A DNA stretch of 64,000 bases. Origin: Chrysomallon squamiferum (taxonomy: Eukaryota; Animalia; Mollusca). Positions 13,422-27,856 of the stretch are shown piece after piece. Numbering within the stretch: position 1 is the stretch's first letter; the number at the start of each line of letters is the position of its first letter. The notes beneath the pieces are model-generated. The model did no database searches. It was not told the origin of the DNA and saw only the letters and a program-made list of their open reading frames with translations. The stretch covers positions 16,678,001-16,742,000 of the forward strand of contig CM022670.1 of NCBI GenBank assembly GCA_012295275.1, given 5' to 3'. The position numbers and the translations under genes are program-made.

Positions 13422-14559
13422 AAGAAAAATTAATTAAATTAAAAAAATAAATAAAATAAAGGAAAAAACTGATTATTAATATTAAAACTTAACAACATTT
13501 TATATCGTGAAATATACACTCTTTATAATAATAATAATAAAAAGAAGAAGAAGAAGATGAAAAACAACACGAAAAACAACAATAATAAAATGTAATAATA
13601 ATTTTATTTATAAATTTATTGGTTAATATTATTTTATATATTTTATTTTATTTTATTTATTTATTTATTTATTTACTTACTTGTTGTGTTTTCTTCTTTC
13701 AGCGAAAGAAACCATTTTAAAAAGTTATGGAAAATACATGAAAGCAATCGAAATTCTGTGTACATCAATGTAGTAGTTTCAGTTCCATATCTTTATACAT
13801 TATGTAATTCTCTGAAATGATAAGAATGTAACTATTTTTAATTATAAATGCTTAATCACTCTGTTATGTAAGTAAACGATTATCATCTTTCTTTTGACAA
13901 AGTACTGTCCTGTTGATAACGCGGATCTCCGCTTTTTTAAATTATTGTTAAAATTTCTAGTTTCTAACATTATTTGCAGACAGTAGGCCTAATCTTTTCT
14001 TCTTTTCTTTTTCCTTTTTTTTAAAAAAAATATAAAAAAAACAAAAAAAACAACAACAATACAATACAATTACAATACAAAACAAACATTAAAAACAACA
14101 ACACCACCAAAACGTCTGCAGAAACTAAATTTTGAAAGACAGTAACAGCAAAATAATAATACAGATTTTTTTCTTTTCGTGTCTAAACAAACTATATACA
14201 TATTTAAAAGAACAATAAAGACAAAAAGAAAAAAGAAAGAAAAAATCAATCTTCGATAATCTAGCAGCGATATTGCAATCTGAAGCTAATCAAAGGGCGC
14301 ATACAGAACTAACTAATATAACTTTAAAACCATATCAATTTTTATAGCCGTTTTTGACGTATCAGCTTATATTGATTTTATTGCGTTCAAAATTATTAAA
14401 CTGAGGTTTAGGAAAGTCGACTGGAATTTGCGGCAATTATTATCAAAATCTCCTAACTACATTATTTACTTAATTTTAATTTTTATTTCTTTAATAATTT
14501 GTACGACTCTTCAGTTTTTGATAACCAGAGTCAATGCAAACCAAGTTAGGCTGTTATGG

Positions 14560-14720
14560 TAATTACCCATTTGCGCACGGCTCCAGTGTTTAGATACAGC
14601 ACCGTATATATCGTCCATTCACTCAACAGAACATGTGTTTTGGGCGGTTATCCGTTACGTTCTTACCTGTCATCATGTAATAACATCACCACGTGCGAGT
14701 GTGTACATTTGTCACAGTGC
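14560..14720 (+). promoter_or_regulatory. Putative promoter or 5' leader of the Nudix gene
   Basis: Locally CpG-richer stretch just upstream of coding exon 1, with a GC box (TGGGCGGT ~14641), an E-box (CACGTG ~14690) and TTGCGCACG (~14571). Confidence 0.35.
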
Positions 14721-14773
14721 TATGAACATGAAGATGAATGGCAAGAGACATTAATGTGGCTGAAAAGCGAAAT

Positions 14774-17700
14774 ATGGTCAAAGAGAAACCGAATTCCACG
14801 AGAACTTACGACAAAGATGGGTTTCGGCGGAGAGCTGCGTGTTTGTGTTTCCGTAACGCGTCTGAGGATGAGGTGAGTTCAGAGAGAAGAAGAAAAAAAT
14901 ATTTTCTATTCATTACGTCTGCTGTAAAGATTTAGTCATGAAAGAAGAATTTTAGATATCATTAAAATGTAACACAAAACATTACAATTTACATTGTAGT
15001 CTGATTTTATTTTATACAGTTCAAATTGTAAAGATCGATAATAATTAACAAGTAACATCTTCAGCAAAATGCATGTAAAACAGACGTGTTTTGTTTTAAC
15101 AAATGTGAGTTTCATCTGTTTTTAATTTTTTAAACTTCTGTGTCATTAGTATCAGTATAATACAAACACACAAACACAGACATTTTCCAACACAACCTGC
15201 AACAATTTTAATATAATAATCGTTTCTGTGCATTTATATATATTTAATAAGAATAATAATAAATAACACTGTAAATCAAACATTCATTATTCATTGTTTA
15301 ACAAATTACTTCATTTTAGCACAAAAAACGTAAAGTGATATTATTATGACTTGCCTTGAAATTTGTTTATAAAAAGTATAAATTTCTGATAACACTAGAA
15401 GATGTTATGGTTTCACCATGTAAGTACTGATATCATAGATTTTTAAAACAATTTATTATTATTATTGTTATTATTATTATTATTATTTTTTGTTAATGTA
15501 TTTTAAAATTAATTAAGGTTAATATTCCAAAAAATAAATAAAACAAAATCTTGGAAGTATTCAAAGTGATGACTATTTCTTCATATTCTGAAAGGTACAT
15601 TTAATTTGTATTTGGTGTTCTAAACTAGTCATTCTTAAACTTTTATTTTTCAACACTTCATTTCAAACAATTTTTAAAACTGGAGACCTAGGTCACGTTA
15701 TCATACCAGATAGAAAAATGATGATTTATGTTGTGAAGTTTTAAACATTTTTACATTATAAATACAGAGCTTTTACATAGAGCTTTTACAGACAGTTCTA
15801 ATGTAAATACTGAGTTTTAATTTTTAAAGTTATCATTCAGTTATTGAATTAGACTACGATTTTTAAATGTTCAAAACAGATACTCTTATCCAGTATTACT
15901 AAACTGCCCTGCAGGGTAAGCTAGGGGGTTTGGCAGATGTTATGTCATAGTTCATAAAGCAAATTCTTCCACATCTTGCCCTTTTGATCTCACATCTGGT
16001 TAACAATAGAGACAGATTTTCCTCACAGCTTATCACATGATCAGTTCAGACCGATATATCACATTGCTTGTGTATCATATCATCTGCCAGGAGCAGACGA
16101 GGCAAAATCATATACTGTGTACATATTAAATTAATACAGGTTGACAGTCCCTCATCACGAATTCAGAAATCTGAACCTTTTCCCAAGCAGCTGAAATAAC
16201 GATATCTTATAGTTTTTGGATTGTTTTGCGTACACAGACTTTATTTCATACACAGAATTGTTAAAAACATTATATAAAAAAATCCTGCAGGCTAGTTCTA
16301 TATAAGCTGTATGTGAAAGATAAATGGAATTCCTGTTTATACTTAGATCCTCTTCTCGTGCTACTGCTCTGTATTCCACAATCTGAAATATTTCTTGTCT
16401 CAAATGTTTCACGTAAAGGATTGTTAACCTGTATTTGTTTAATACAGTATGTTTTATATTATAATACTTGATAAACTAATATGGATGATTCAACTGCAGT
16501 TGCAGTCATTGAATTTATGACATCATATGAAAGACTGAGATAAACATTTCAGAAAAATGCAGAGACTGAATACAAATAAATTTTGTCAGTAATTAGAGTT
16601 TAACTTGTACATACATCACTTTACAAAAATATTTAAATGTTGTTTTACATGATTAAATCATTTTCTTGTTGACGTTATCTTGATTGGTATTACAATTTTT
16701 GTTTTAGTTTATATTAGAAATAAATCCACATGTCAATTATAATAAATTAAAGTACATTAATTAACCCATGTCTGCAAAAAAGTATCAAACTAAATTTTGT
16801 AATGTTAATTTCGAAATATTTTTATTTGTCAGGTCCAGTTATCTTTTGGGGAGATTTTATATTCATTGTTTGGGAAAATATATAAATAATAATAATAATA
16901 ATAATAATAATTTTAAAATAATAAAAAAAAAAAAAACAACAAGCAACTCATTCAGTTATGAAACAAATTATCAAGTACAGCCACTGAATAACTTAAGTAA
17001 ACTTTCACTGATAGTAATAAAGCCACAAACATAGTTATATTAACATTTTTTTTTTGGTTAGTCATTTTTTCCTATATTTTTTCAGTATTTGGCATTTTAT
17101 ATAGAAGAATATTACTATTTTTCTCATTTAATTGTCTTTTGCCAAGGAGCAATAACTGAAATGATTCTACCTGAGACTTGATGTTATGTCAGAAGTAACG
17201 TGTTACAGTCAGAGTGACACCTCTTTATTCAGGCAAATATCAAGAACCCGAAATTATCAAATTATTAAACTTCATCTGAAAATATTCAGTTTAAATTTCT
17301 TTTCAGACACTAGAACTGAGATGAAAATAAATTTCTGTAACTTTCTTATAAAATATAATTAATAAATACTGTACATGTAAATTATTAAAAAATTCAGTTA
17401 GTAAAACAAATTACAGTACTAACTTTGTAGCTTTATATTAATATACATTTCAGTTAATTATAATTGTTTTTAAAAAAAAAAATAATAATTTACAAAATTA
17501 TTAAAATAATTCAATTAGTAAAAAAAACAGTGTAACTTTTAACCATTATATTACTATACATTTCAGTGAATTATAATTTTTTTTTTTTTTTTTTAAATAA
17601 ATTAAATATTTCCATAATATATTTGAGAAGATTTTGATTTTCTTCATTACATGATAACTGTATTGTTCAAAAACATGATGTTGATGTCAGTGTTTATCAT

Positions 17701-20674
17701 GTTGTACCAAAAATATCACTTAATGGTTCTCACTGCTTCTGATATAAGTGGCGTTTGGAGATGCTGATAAAGTTGATGGCTAGACACTTGGAAATGTGTT
17801 GAGCCTTGCTGTTAGAAACAAGACTACAGAACTGTAATGATCATCTATTGATCCTTCTGGCTTTATCCTAACTGTACATTTTCTTACAACGTTCTGCGTT
17901 TCAGAATGTGCTGTGGGTGAAGTTAATAATATTATTTGTTTGATAAAAATATGAAGTGATTAATTTACAACTAGTGTAATTTTATTTTACTGGCAGTATA
18001 ACTTAATGTTAGTAAAACTTCACTAGTAGTATAATTTTGCTTTAGTATATCTTTTCTTGTAAAATTTCACTTCACTAGGAATAGAACTTCCCTTTATTAT
18101 AGCTTCACTTTTGTAACTTCAGTTTACTAGAAGAATCACTCATTTTATTAGTATTGCTTATAGTGTAACTTCACTTTACTTTTAATTTCACTTCACTAGT
18201 AGTATATCATTTTAGGAAAATTTCACATTGGTAGTATATTTTGACTTTACTGGTAGTAAAACTTCACTTAAATAGCTCTATAGCTCAACTTTACTCAGAG
18301 CAAACATGAACAAAATTTCTCTTTGTAAGCAAATTCATGAACACAGTGACAGTTACAAAATTACATTTGTGTATTTTTATCATAATGACAAATAATTTAA
18401 TAATCATATATTTTTATTTTTAACTGTATGACAGATTTCAAAAAAAAAACTAAATTAACAATTCATCTAACACTCTATCAGCATAATGTTTAGTTTTGCT
18501 GCATAAAATACATAATGTTAAATAATTAATCTAATTATTCCAGTGGACTTGCATAGAAAAATAATACTGATAAAACAATCTTTATACAGTCATAAATAAA
18601 AAAAAGATTAAAAAATCCCTTTATGCAAGCTCAGTGAAATGTAAATAATACTGAGTAAAATAAGAAATATTTACAAGTTAATTCTATTTTGTAGATTCTA
18701 CTTGTGACAAGCTCTCGACATCAAGACCAGTGGGTGGTGCCAGGGGGTGGGGTTGAACCCTGTGAAGAACCTAGCATTGCTGCATCAAGAGAGGCCTTAG
18801 AGGAAGCAGGAGTGCTTGGTGATCTGGGCAGACATCTTGGAAACTTTGAAGTAAGTCGGCCATCTTTGAAATGTTATGTATCATATCTCAGTGTGAGTAT
18901 GTCTGATAGTAACAGCTGTACTTTTGCTGTTAACAAAAAAAAAAAAAAAAAAAAATTGTTTCACAGATGAAAAAACAGATTATTAAAAATCTGATTAAGA
19001 CTTTCTGAGAATGAATGTCAAGTATATTTGTTAACTGAAGAACTGTTACTTATGTTTTATATATTGATTTATTGGCAAGTTTGTAATGACTAGATCAGCA
19101 ATCTGCTTAATGGAGTAGCATTTGATTAATTGAATTTATCAAAACAGCATGAAAACAGCAGTGCAGCACATTTAGTTCAGTTTTACATAGTGAGTTGCTG
19201 TGTTGTAGATACATTAGCTACAGGTGTGTGCAAGTGTGGCTGCAGTTTCATTGGTCACAGTACAATTTAGACAGCTTTCATAACATATTTTGGTTTGTTT
19301 CCAATTTACATTTGAAGTGTCTCTAAGGATATTTGTTCAAGCCACTGCAAGCACTATTACTGTCATTTTTAAATTTCATCATTATCAAGTTATGTGGCTT
19401 TCTGCCAAGTATAAACAACAAAAATGTCAGTGCAAGTGATTTGTAAACATTAGACACAGAAGTTCATACGTAATATTAAATTCTATTATACATGTATTTT
19501 AACAGGTGCTGTCAATGTGCATACATATCAGGTCACACAATGACAGAAAAGAACTTTTTGCATTAAAATAACAGCAATGAGAAGCCTGGTGGCCGTTTTT
19601 TATGATTGTGTGTAATTGAATGATATGCTGGAAGAAATTCCTTTTAATAAGTTTACATTAGATTTGATAAACACAAGGTAAAATATATAAAAATACTAAT
19701 TATTGATCGCTTGCTGGCTAGTCCACATCACATAGATTATTTTTTCTTTTGTTTTTGTAATAACAATTTGTGTAGCTGCATGACCACTGCAATTTGAATA
19801 ATTCTTTGTTTTAAGAATCACAGCTATTTTGCTTCAGCTCAGATTATTTACGAGATCTTATTACAGAAATTATTAATACACAAACTGTTCATTAATTTAA
19901 AAAAAAAAAAAAAAAAAACACAAACAAAAATTCAGTCTTGGTTCTAGAATGGACGGAACCAGATATAAGAAAGAGTTTTTATTTGTAGTATAAATTACAG
20001 GTATCATGAAGGGTTATATAGATATTTTGTTTATACAAATTCTGGTTTAGACAAAGCCAGATGTATAATGATGCATGGCCTTTCTGCAAAATAAGAGATT
20101 AATCAATACATTGTTTCATGTCATCAAATATGGATTCTGCTGTAAGCTGAAGTAGGTGCTAAGTGTGTAAGTGGTTTCATCTGTGTCATAGTTCAGACTA
20201 TTTGAAACAAGAATGATTTTTTCTTCACATATTTCCACAAATTTTATTTAGATTAAAATATGGTATATTTTTGTATTTAAAAGAAGATCTTGAGAAACAG
20301 TGGTGGAATGTAAATTTAAAAAAGAAGAAATAAGAAAAAAATCATAAAGTTCTTAATACTTTGTGTCATTAAAGAGCAATAGTCAAGATGTATTAGAAAA
20401 AAATAATAATAAATAAAACTGTATGGAAGGAAATAATATTTATATTGCAATACTCAAGTGTCACATAAAAAGAAAAAATTATTGCTCTGTTAGTAATTGG
20501 TTTTCTGAACTGTTGAAAAACTTGATTCTCTCTGCCCAATTTTGCCTGTGATGTCACACAGGGCTGTTTACTTTTAGACCATAAACAGGTTTATGCTGAT
20601 TGCAGGAAGTTCTTCAGAAACCTGGTTGTTTTTCACATTTTTGTCCTGCTTTGATTTTTCACTGGGTGCTTTAT

Positions 20675-20722
<48 letters not shown>

Positions 20723-21308
20723 ATGTGCATACATGTGTGTTTCACCCTGTCTGTTTTCTGTGTAACTTATAGTTTGTTTATTCATTGGGTATCTCATTAA
20801 CCCATAAAAATCATGGATATGTCATTTTGAGTATTATTTTATCATTTATTATTGTTATTATTATTTTTTTAAATGAGTGTATAACAAATTGTTTTCATAA
20901 TTGCTGTTAACTAATCTTGTGGCAATTCATATAGCATCCTAATACTTTTCAGTGACTCTTTCATTCACCCTCATGCAGTAAAAAGTGTTTGAAACAAAAA
21001 TAGGTGAAGAAAAAAATATTGCCATTCAGGCATCAGTATTTGCCATGTTATTAATAGACAAATGCACCACTGATTTTGGCCATGGATAAATACCAAGAAC
21101 TTGTATGGCAGCACAACTATAACACTTTGTGAGCCTGATGATGTTTTTCAAGTCAAGGCTGCGCCAAAAAAATGCTATCAGTTATTACAAATGTAATTTA
21201 AATCATCCATGAAATCAAAGCAAAATGCTGACAGCTTCATATGAAGAATAAATATGATTCATGAGTACCAAGCTGTGGTCAAATATATTTTTCTTGATTA
21301 TTGCTCTT

Positions 21309-21364
<56 letters not shown>

Positions 21365-24300
21365 AATACCCTCACAAAAACCCAAACACCCAACAACAAG
21401 CCAAGAAGAAAAAAAAAAAAACGACTGTAACTGAGACTGCTTTAGTTTGATAGATTACATGAAGAAACAGAAAAGCATTTTAACATGATTACCTTGGTGC
21501 ATGTAGATTAACACTGCACTGTTTGATCTGGTTTTTCAAGAAGCCTGCTTTGAGTTATTACATATACATATATCTTTACTTGACTTACGTAAGTTAAAAC
21601 TTCTTGTTACAGATCTACATGTTATTTCAAACTGGCTTACCTAATGATAAACTGTACCTCATTTTGTGCCAGCCAGGTAGAACTATTTAATTTGATAAAG
21701 CTAATTAGCTAACCAGCTGGATTTTATCATAATCAGTACATTTGGTTTTGTTAAGAACAAGCTGTTAGTGGTGATTGGAATATATATATTCTTGGGTACA
21801 TTTTCAGAAAACAAAATGATGTTTGTTAAAAGATATATATATTGCTGGAAGAATAAACGACATCATAACTTTTTTTAATTAATAAACAGAGTTATCTTTT
21901 TGTCAGGTTATTTGTTCTTCTTTTTTTCACAGTATTTTATTCATAGAACAATTTTATTTCTCCATTTATTAATTCAATCAATAATTCAATAATAACAACA
22001 ATAATAATAACAACAACATCAACAACAACAATATTAATAGTAACAATAACATTAAAAGTAACATGAACAATAACATTGATAATGATAGTAACATTTTAAA
22101 ATTATTATAATAATTAATAACAGTAATACCAACAATAACATTTTAAATAACAACAACAACAACACTAATACAAATTGTAATAAAAATCTCCATGTCCATA
22201 GGACTTTCGATTTAAAAAATGTGTAGAAATAATTTGAAATTAGACTAATTTATTGTGTGTTATTTTTTTACAGAATCCAGATAAAAAACACAGAACCTCG
22301 GTTTACACTTTCATTGTGAGGGAAATGCTTGAAGACTGGGACGATGCAAAAAACATGGGTAAGAATTATTTTGTCGTACAGGAAGTTATTATTCATATTT
22401 TTTTTTAATTTATAAAGTATTTTTTTTGCTTTTTTTGTTTGTTTTTTTTTGTTCCTTTTCACAAGCAAACACACATTAATAATAACACTTCAGGTTAGTG
22501 TTTAATCAGTGCTATTGTATCCTGGTGTCAAACAGACTTGACTGTGACGGAGTGTTCGACAAACACAGAAAATTAATATACCGCAGTCACACTGCAGTAT
22601 TTTTCCTCAGACGCAATGTGTACAGTGGACATTTTCTTATTCAGCAACTGGCTGCTGATTAGAATGGTAAATGTGATATAAAAGGGTTCATTTTAAGTCT
22701 GGAACAGAACAGCTTGATTAGGACAAATATGAAACACATTAGTGAGGACTTGCCATACAAGTGTGGATAATGTGGTGATTTCACAAGCATAAAAGAAGCT
22801 AGTTCATTAGATATTGTGATTGAGAGGAAGATTATTAAATTGTAATTTACATATCAAGATGTGTGTAGATTATTAGTTGCTCAAACGTATGTGATTGTTT
22901 TTTTCTTTAAATTCTACATGTATACATTTTTAAACATAATCAACAAAATGTCGATAAAATTGTGCAGTTTTTAACATTTTGAATAAATGTAGAACTTAGA
23001 AACATATAAATAACTTCAAACTTCTATTTTCATCTTTTAATGTGTTTGTGTGTGTGCATGCATATTTGGGTGTGTATGTGTGTGTGTTCATGTTTCTGTT
23101 TTGTTAGTGTGTGTGTGTGTGTGTTTTTGTATATGTGTGATTTGTGTGTGTATGCAAAGATCTGTTTGTGTTTGTTTCTCTGTATGTGTGTGTGTGTGTA
23201 TGTGTGTGCATACTTCTATATTTGTGTGTGTTTGTGTGCATGTTTTTGTCTGTGCATGTAAGTGCATGTTTCTGCAGGTTTGTGCAGCTTATTTTTCTTT
23301 CTCCTCATTGATAAATCTGAAAGCTTCAGTCATTTAAAGCTAGCCGTGTGTTTTCACTGTGTTGTGAATATTGATTATTCACAGATTTTCAGTCTCACTG
23401 ACGTGAAATTAAAAACAGATATCATGTAAACTGCAATTTTCACTAATCACTTTTATCTGAAATCGGTGATGGTGCAGAATTCATTACTCTTTCCATGTTG
23501 TCTTATCTTATGTACAAATAACACATCATGATGACTATGCAGATTACAGGGTCTAATATAAAAATACTGAAGATCACAAATTTAAACATTTTTTTAATTT
23601 TATAAGATAAATAATAATAAATTTTATAATTTCATAGGATAAATAATAATAAATAATAATAAATTTTATGAGATAAATAAATATCTTCTATCTTTCGTAA
23701 TTCATTTAGATGGTAGAACTAATAAACACATACATGCACACACAGGTAGGTGACATGAAACAGATTTATAGTTATCATCTACAGGTTTTCCCAACTGATT
23801 TGAAAATTAAGATGTCTCGGACTGTATTAATAATGAGCAGTAATACATGTTGTTTTTGGTGTGTGTCACTTCTGTTATGCATGTGCATGCACATCCATAC
23901 ATGTATTCATACTGTCTTACTTCTGTTTATTTTATTTTAATTACTGGATTTTAGTGTAAAATCAGAAATCAGTTTATAATTTTTTTGACATAGCAAATGT
24001 TTAGCTACATTTGTCAAAATCTCTGTGAAAATAGCAACATCTAAAAAATAATATCTGTCTATTTTTAAACAAAATGATAAATCACGGCAACAAATAATAT
24101 GCCTTTTCATTTTGCTTTTTCACAATTTTTATCTGCTGAATATCATTTATTCTTGTTATCTTTCACAATGTCTTTAAATAAAATTCTGTGATACTCACAG
24201 TTTTGTCTATTTTTAGGATTAGACATCTCAGTTTAATGCTCTTTCTATTTAATTTTCCCTTCTTCATGGCATGAATTGTAGCCTAAAGGGAAAAAATGAG

Positions 24301-27300
24301 GATGAAAATAATGTGTTAAAGAACAGTTGAATTGCTGAGTGTATTCTCTGCTGCAGCTCTTGTTTTCAGTGGTTCAGCTATATGAAGTCACATTGAACAG
24401 GGTCCTAACCTAACTTGGTTTGCTGTGTGACATCCGTCTTTGTCTAAAGACTGATTAATAAGTTCACAGTCATGCGCAATTATTGACTTTTATTAGTCTG
24501 GGAGCTGTAACTCAACTTAAATCATATTTTATGTGAATGTTTTGTTGTTTTTTTACAAGAAATATTGCTTTATTTTTTATTATTTTTTTGGACAGTTTAT
24601 TTATTTATTTATTTATTTATTTATTTTTTGTTTGAAATGGAGTTTTATTATTTTTTATTATTATTATTATAATCTTTTGAAATGGATATTAAATTACAAA
24701 TTCTGATGAAATATATTGGTTAATTACAGTGCTAATGTAACAGATGTAAAACAGAGAATAGTAAACTAATCCTCCATTTTGTTTTTGTTTACATCGTGCC
24801 TATATGGAGGATGGTGCAAGGGATGTGTATGCACCCCCCATGGTCTGCTGAGGTTCATCCAAGGATGAGCAAAAATTAAAATAAAAAATAAATAAATAAA
24901 TAAAAAAAGTGAAGGATGTGAAATCTACTTCATAGAATACAGGAAAATTCATCTCATGCATTCCAGATTTTAAGAAAATGTCAGGGTGGATCATGCTGGC
25001 TCTTTGGATCAATGATTACGCACCCCCTCATTCAATTTATGCATATGGTCCTGTATATATGCATTTATTAAACAAACAAACTTCATTAAAACCACACAAA
25101 TATTACTACTTCAGATTATTAATGCAATGGTTTAAGTAACTATTGAAAAAAGTGAGAGAATAAAGATCTAAATGATTTTTTTCACCTAAGGAAAATAAAA
25201 ACATAATAGCAAATATAATGTCATTCATTTGACTTAATGTGCAGAGTAAATGTCTTGGTTGAAGTTCAGTTTTTCCAGTTCTACCCTTTTCCCTTGGCTT
25301 ATTTATCAAAACATAATATTATAAACTGTGCAAAGATGCCCATAGGAACAGCACATCAGGAAATAAAATATGCTGAGATGTCAAAACTGCCCATAAATAA
25401 ATAATTCGTCATCATTATCATTATGCAACTGCAGTGTCCTATTTTGGAATGAAATATATGGCATGTTGTTACATAATTACTAACAAATATTACTTAAGAT
25501 TTTAAAAAAGCCATTTTGTAACAACATAAATGTGACATAACAACTAATCTTTATCTTGTTTTTAATCATTTGTTGTTGTTTTTTTACTTTAACTTATTAT
25601 TTAAGAAATATTGTGTTGCTGTTATTTTCCTCTACATTTCAAAATCTGTAAGTTGATTTTTTTTTTTTTTTTTTTTTTCAAGCTAGTATGTGTAAGTTGC
25701 CATACAAGAAAAACAGCTTTGTCAGATTAGTTTTTGTGGTTTTCATTACATCATAGAACATTTTTCTTTACTTTTCTCTTAGTTTCTGTACAGGCCAGTG
25801 TTATAGATATGTGCAGTATTGCAGAGCAAATATAAAGCTTTTGTGTGAAAAAGACTTGTTATTTTATTTTTTTATTTTATTTATTTTTTTTTTTTTTTAT
25901 TTATTATAGCTGTTATTCTTGTTGGTGGTTATGTTTGTTTGTTTTTTTACTGAGAATAAGAAAATATACTCTGAGAATATTGCTACTAAACCACCTTGGT
26001 ATAGTAGATTTTACCAATCCATGCTTGCATAATACACTTTACTAAAACATGCTGGAACAGTACAGTTTATTAAACCATGCTGAAGTAGTATACACTTTAC
26101 TAAAACATGCTGGAACAGTACAGTTTATTAAACCATGCTGAAGTAGTCTACACTTTACCAAACCATGCTGGAACAGTACAGTTTATTAAACCATGCTGAA
26201 GTAGTATACACTTTACTAAAACATGCTGGAACAGTACAGTTTATTAAACCATGCTGAAGTAGTATACACTTTACTAAAACATGTGGAACAGTACAGTTTA
26301 TTAAACCATGCTGAAGTAGTTACACTTTACCAAACCATGCTGGAACAGTACAGTTTATTAAACCATGCTGAAGTAGTATACACTTTACTAAAACATGCTG
26401 GAACAGTACAGTTTATTAAACCATGCTGAAGTAGTATACACTTTACTAAAACATGCTGGAACAGTACAGTTTATTAAACCATGCTGAAGTAGTATACACT
26501 TTACTAAAACATGCTGGAACAGTACAGTTTATTAAACCATGCTGAAGTAGTCTACACTTTACCAAACCATGCTGGAACAGTACAGTTTATTAAACCATGC
26601 TGAAGTAGTCTACACTTTACCAAACCATGCTGGAACAGTACAGTTTATTAAACCATGCTGAAGTAGTATACACTTTACTAAAACATGCTGGAACAGTACA
26701 GTTTATTAAACCATGCTGAAGTAGTATACACTTTACCAAACCATGCTGGAAGAGTAAACTTTCTGAAACCATGCTGCAAACGTTAACCACTTTTTCTTAA
26801 CTTAGAATTTTCTTAGTATAGAATTTATTTGTTTAGTACATGGGTTAGTAAACTGTAGCCAGACGGTAGAAATTATCTGACAAACAAATGAAATATCATA
26901 TTATCCATCCAGCCTTCTTTCATTAGCTACAGACATTGTCTCTGGCACCTGTATGGAAGAATATTGCCAGCAGCTGATTTCATACAAAACTCTGGTTACT
27001 ATGGCATTGTTTTATGGCGCTGTCTGGTGGTGATGCTGTGTAGTAATGACATTTGAGTCACCCACCACTTAAAGCAATTGGTGATTAATAGAAATATAAT
27101 TCAGTGGTATTTAATGTCAGCAGTATTGATTGCAGTCTCAAGTGTATATATATAGCTTGATCAGTACACTGAGATGACTTGTTACCAGTAAAAACAACAA
27201 CATACATTTCACCATTCCTATGGTTATAACTTGTATACCAGTGGTTGTAATTTGTATTCCTGTTGTTATGACTTGCATTCCTGTGGTTATAATTTCTATT

Positions 27301-27856
27301 CCTGGGGTTGTAACTTCTATTCCTATGATTATAACTTGTATTCCTGTGGTTATAACTTGGGTTCCAGAGGTCATAATTTGTTTTCCAGTGGTTATAACAT
27401 GTACACCAGTGGTTGTAAATTGTTTTCCTGTAGTTATAGCTTGTATTCCTATGGTTATAACTTGTGTTCCAAACACTATCATTTTGATTGTGTATAAAAT
27501 AAATGTAAACATCAGAATGCACAATTAGATTATAAATAATTTTGATATTATATAAAATAAAACAAAATCAGAAAACAATTTTAGATAAACATTTTTGAAG
27601 TTGTATGAAATCTTAACATCTGAATGCATGATTAAACAAACAGTGATTTTGATATGGCATAAAATTTTTTTTAAAATCAAGAAATAGTTTAAAGTCAACA
27701 ATAATTTTAATGTTGTCTTTCATTTCAGGTCGTAAAAGAAAATGGTTTCCGGTTTCAGAAGCTAAAGAAATGTTGTTACACAAGCCGGTGCAGGTGACAT
27801 ATTTAGAGTTGCTGGTGTCTACGCAGTTGTTAGAAGCCCACAACCATGTAACTTGA
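14774..27856 (+). CDS. NUDT3: Diphosphoinositol polyphosphate phosphohydrolase (DIPP; NUDT3/NUDT4/Drosophila Aps-like Nudix hydrolase), 155 aa
   Basis: Exons 14774-14872 (MVKEKPNSTRTYDKDGFRRRAACLCFRNASEDE), 18695-18850 (ILLVTSSRHQDQWVVPGGGVEPCEEPSIAASREALEEAGV, Nudix box GX5EX7REUXEEXGU), 22274-22358 (NPDKKHRTSVYTFIVREMLEDWDDAKNM) and 27729-27856 (RKRKWFPVSEAKEMLLHKPVQVTYL...TGA). All GT..AG, phases 0/0/1. An in-frame upstream ATG at 14738 could add 12 aa. Probably a co-ortholog of NUDT3/4/10/11. Confidence 0.95.
17990..18300. repeat. Highly degenerate ~25-bp tandem repeat (aacttcactttactagtagtat-like) in Nudix intron 1
   Basis: Recurrent aacttcact, ttcactag and tagtat motifs over ~300 bp. 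Confidence 0.5.
23040..23280. repeat. Degenerate (TG)n tract
   Basis: Interrupted TG dinucleotide run; it generates the Cys/Val-rich spurious ORFs here. Confidence 0.85.
24792..25052. mobile_element. Possible short MITE in Nudix intron 3
   Basis: GC-richer insert with degenerate inverted ends (catcgtgcctatatg ... catatggtcctg) and two gcacccc(c) motifs near the ends. No clean target-site duplication seen. Confidence 0.3.
26020..26777. repeat. 58-bp tandem minisatellite (about 12-13 copies), itself a dimer of related 28- and 30-bp monomers
   Basis: Unit catgctggaacagtacagtttattaaac + catgctgaagtagtatacactttactaaaa. Consecutive starts at 26048 and 26106; copies are near-identical. Confidence 0.97.
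27215..27470. repeat. 21-bp degenerate minisatellite (ttcctgtggttataacttgta, about 12 copies)
   Basis: Direct tandem periodicity with palindromic core GTTATAAC. It explains four overlapping 7-aa-repeat ORFs. Confidence 0.92.

Noticed and set aside
23528-23580. C/D box snoRNA (ATGATGA...CTGA) in a Nudix intron
   Set aside because: Too short (~52 nt), with no terminal stem and no recognisable rRNA complementarity.
26020-26777. CRISPR-like regular array
   Set aside because: The intervening segments are repeated rather than unique spacers, there are no cas genes, and the context is a eukaryotic intron. It is a minisatellite.
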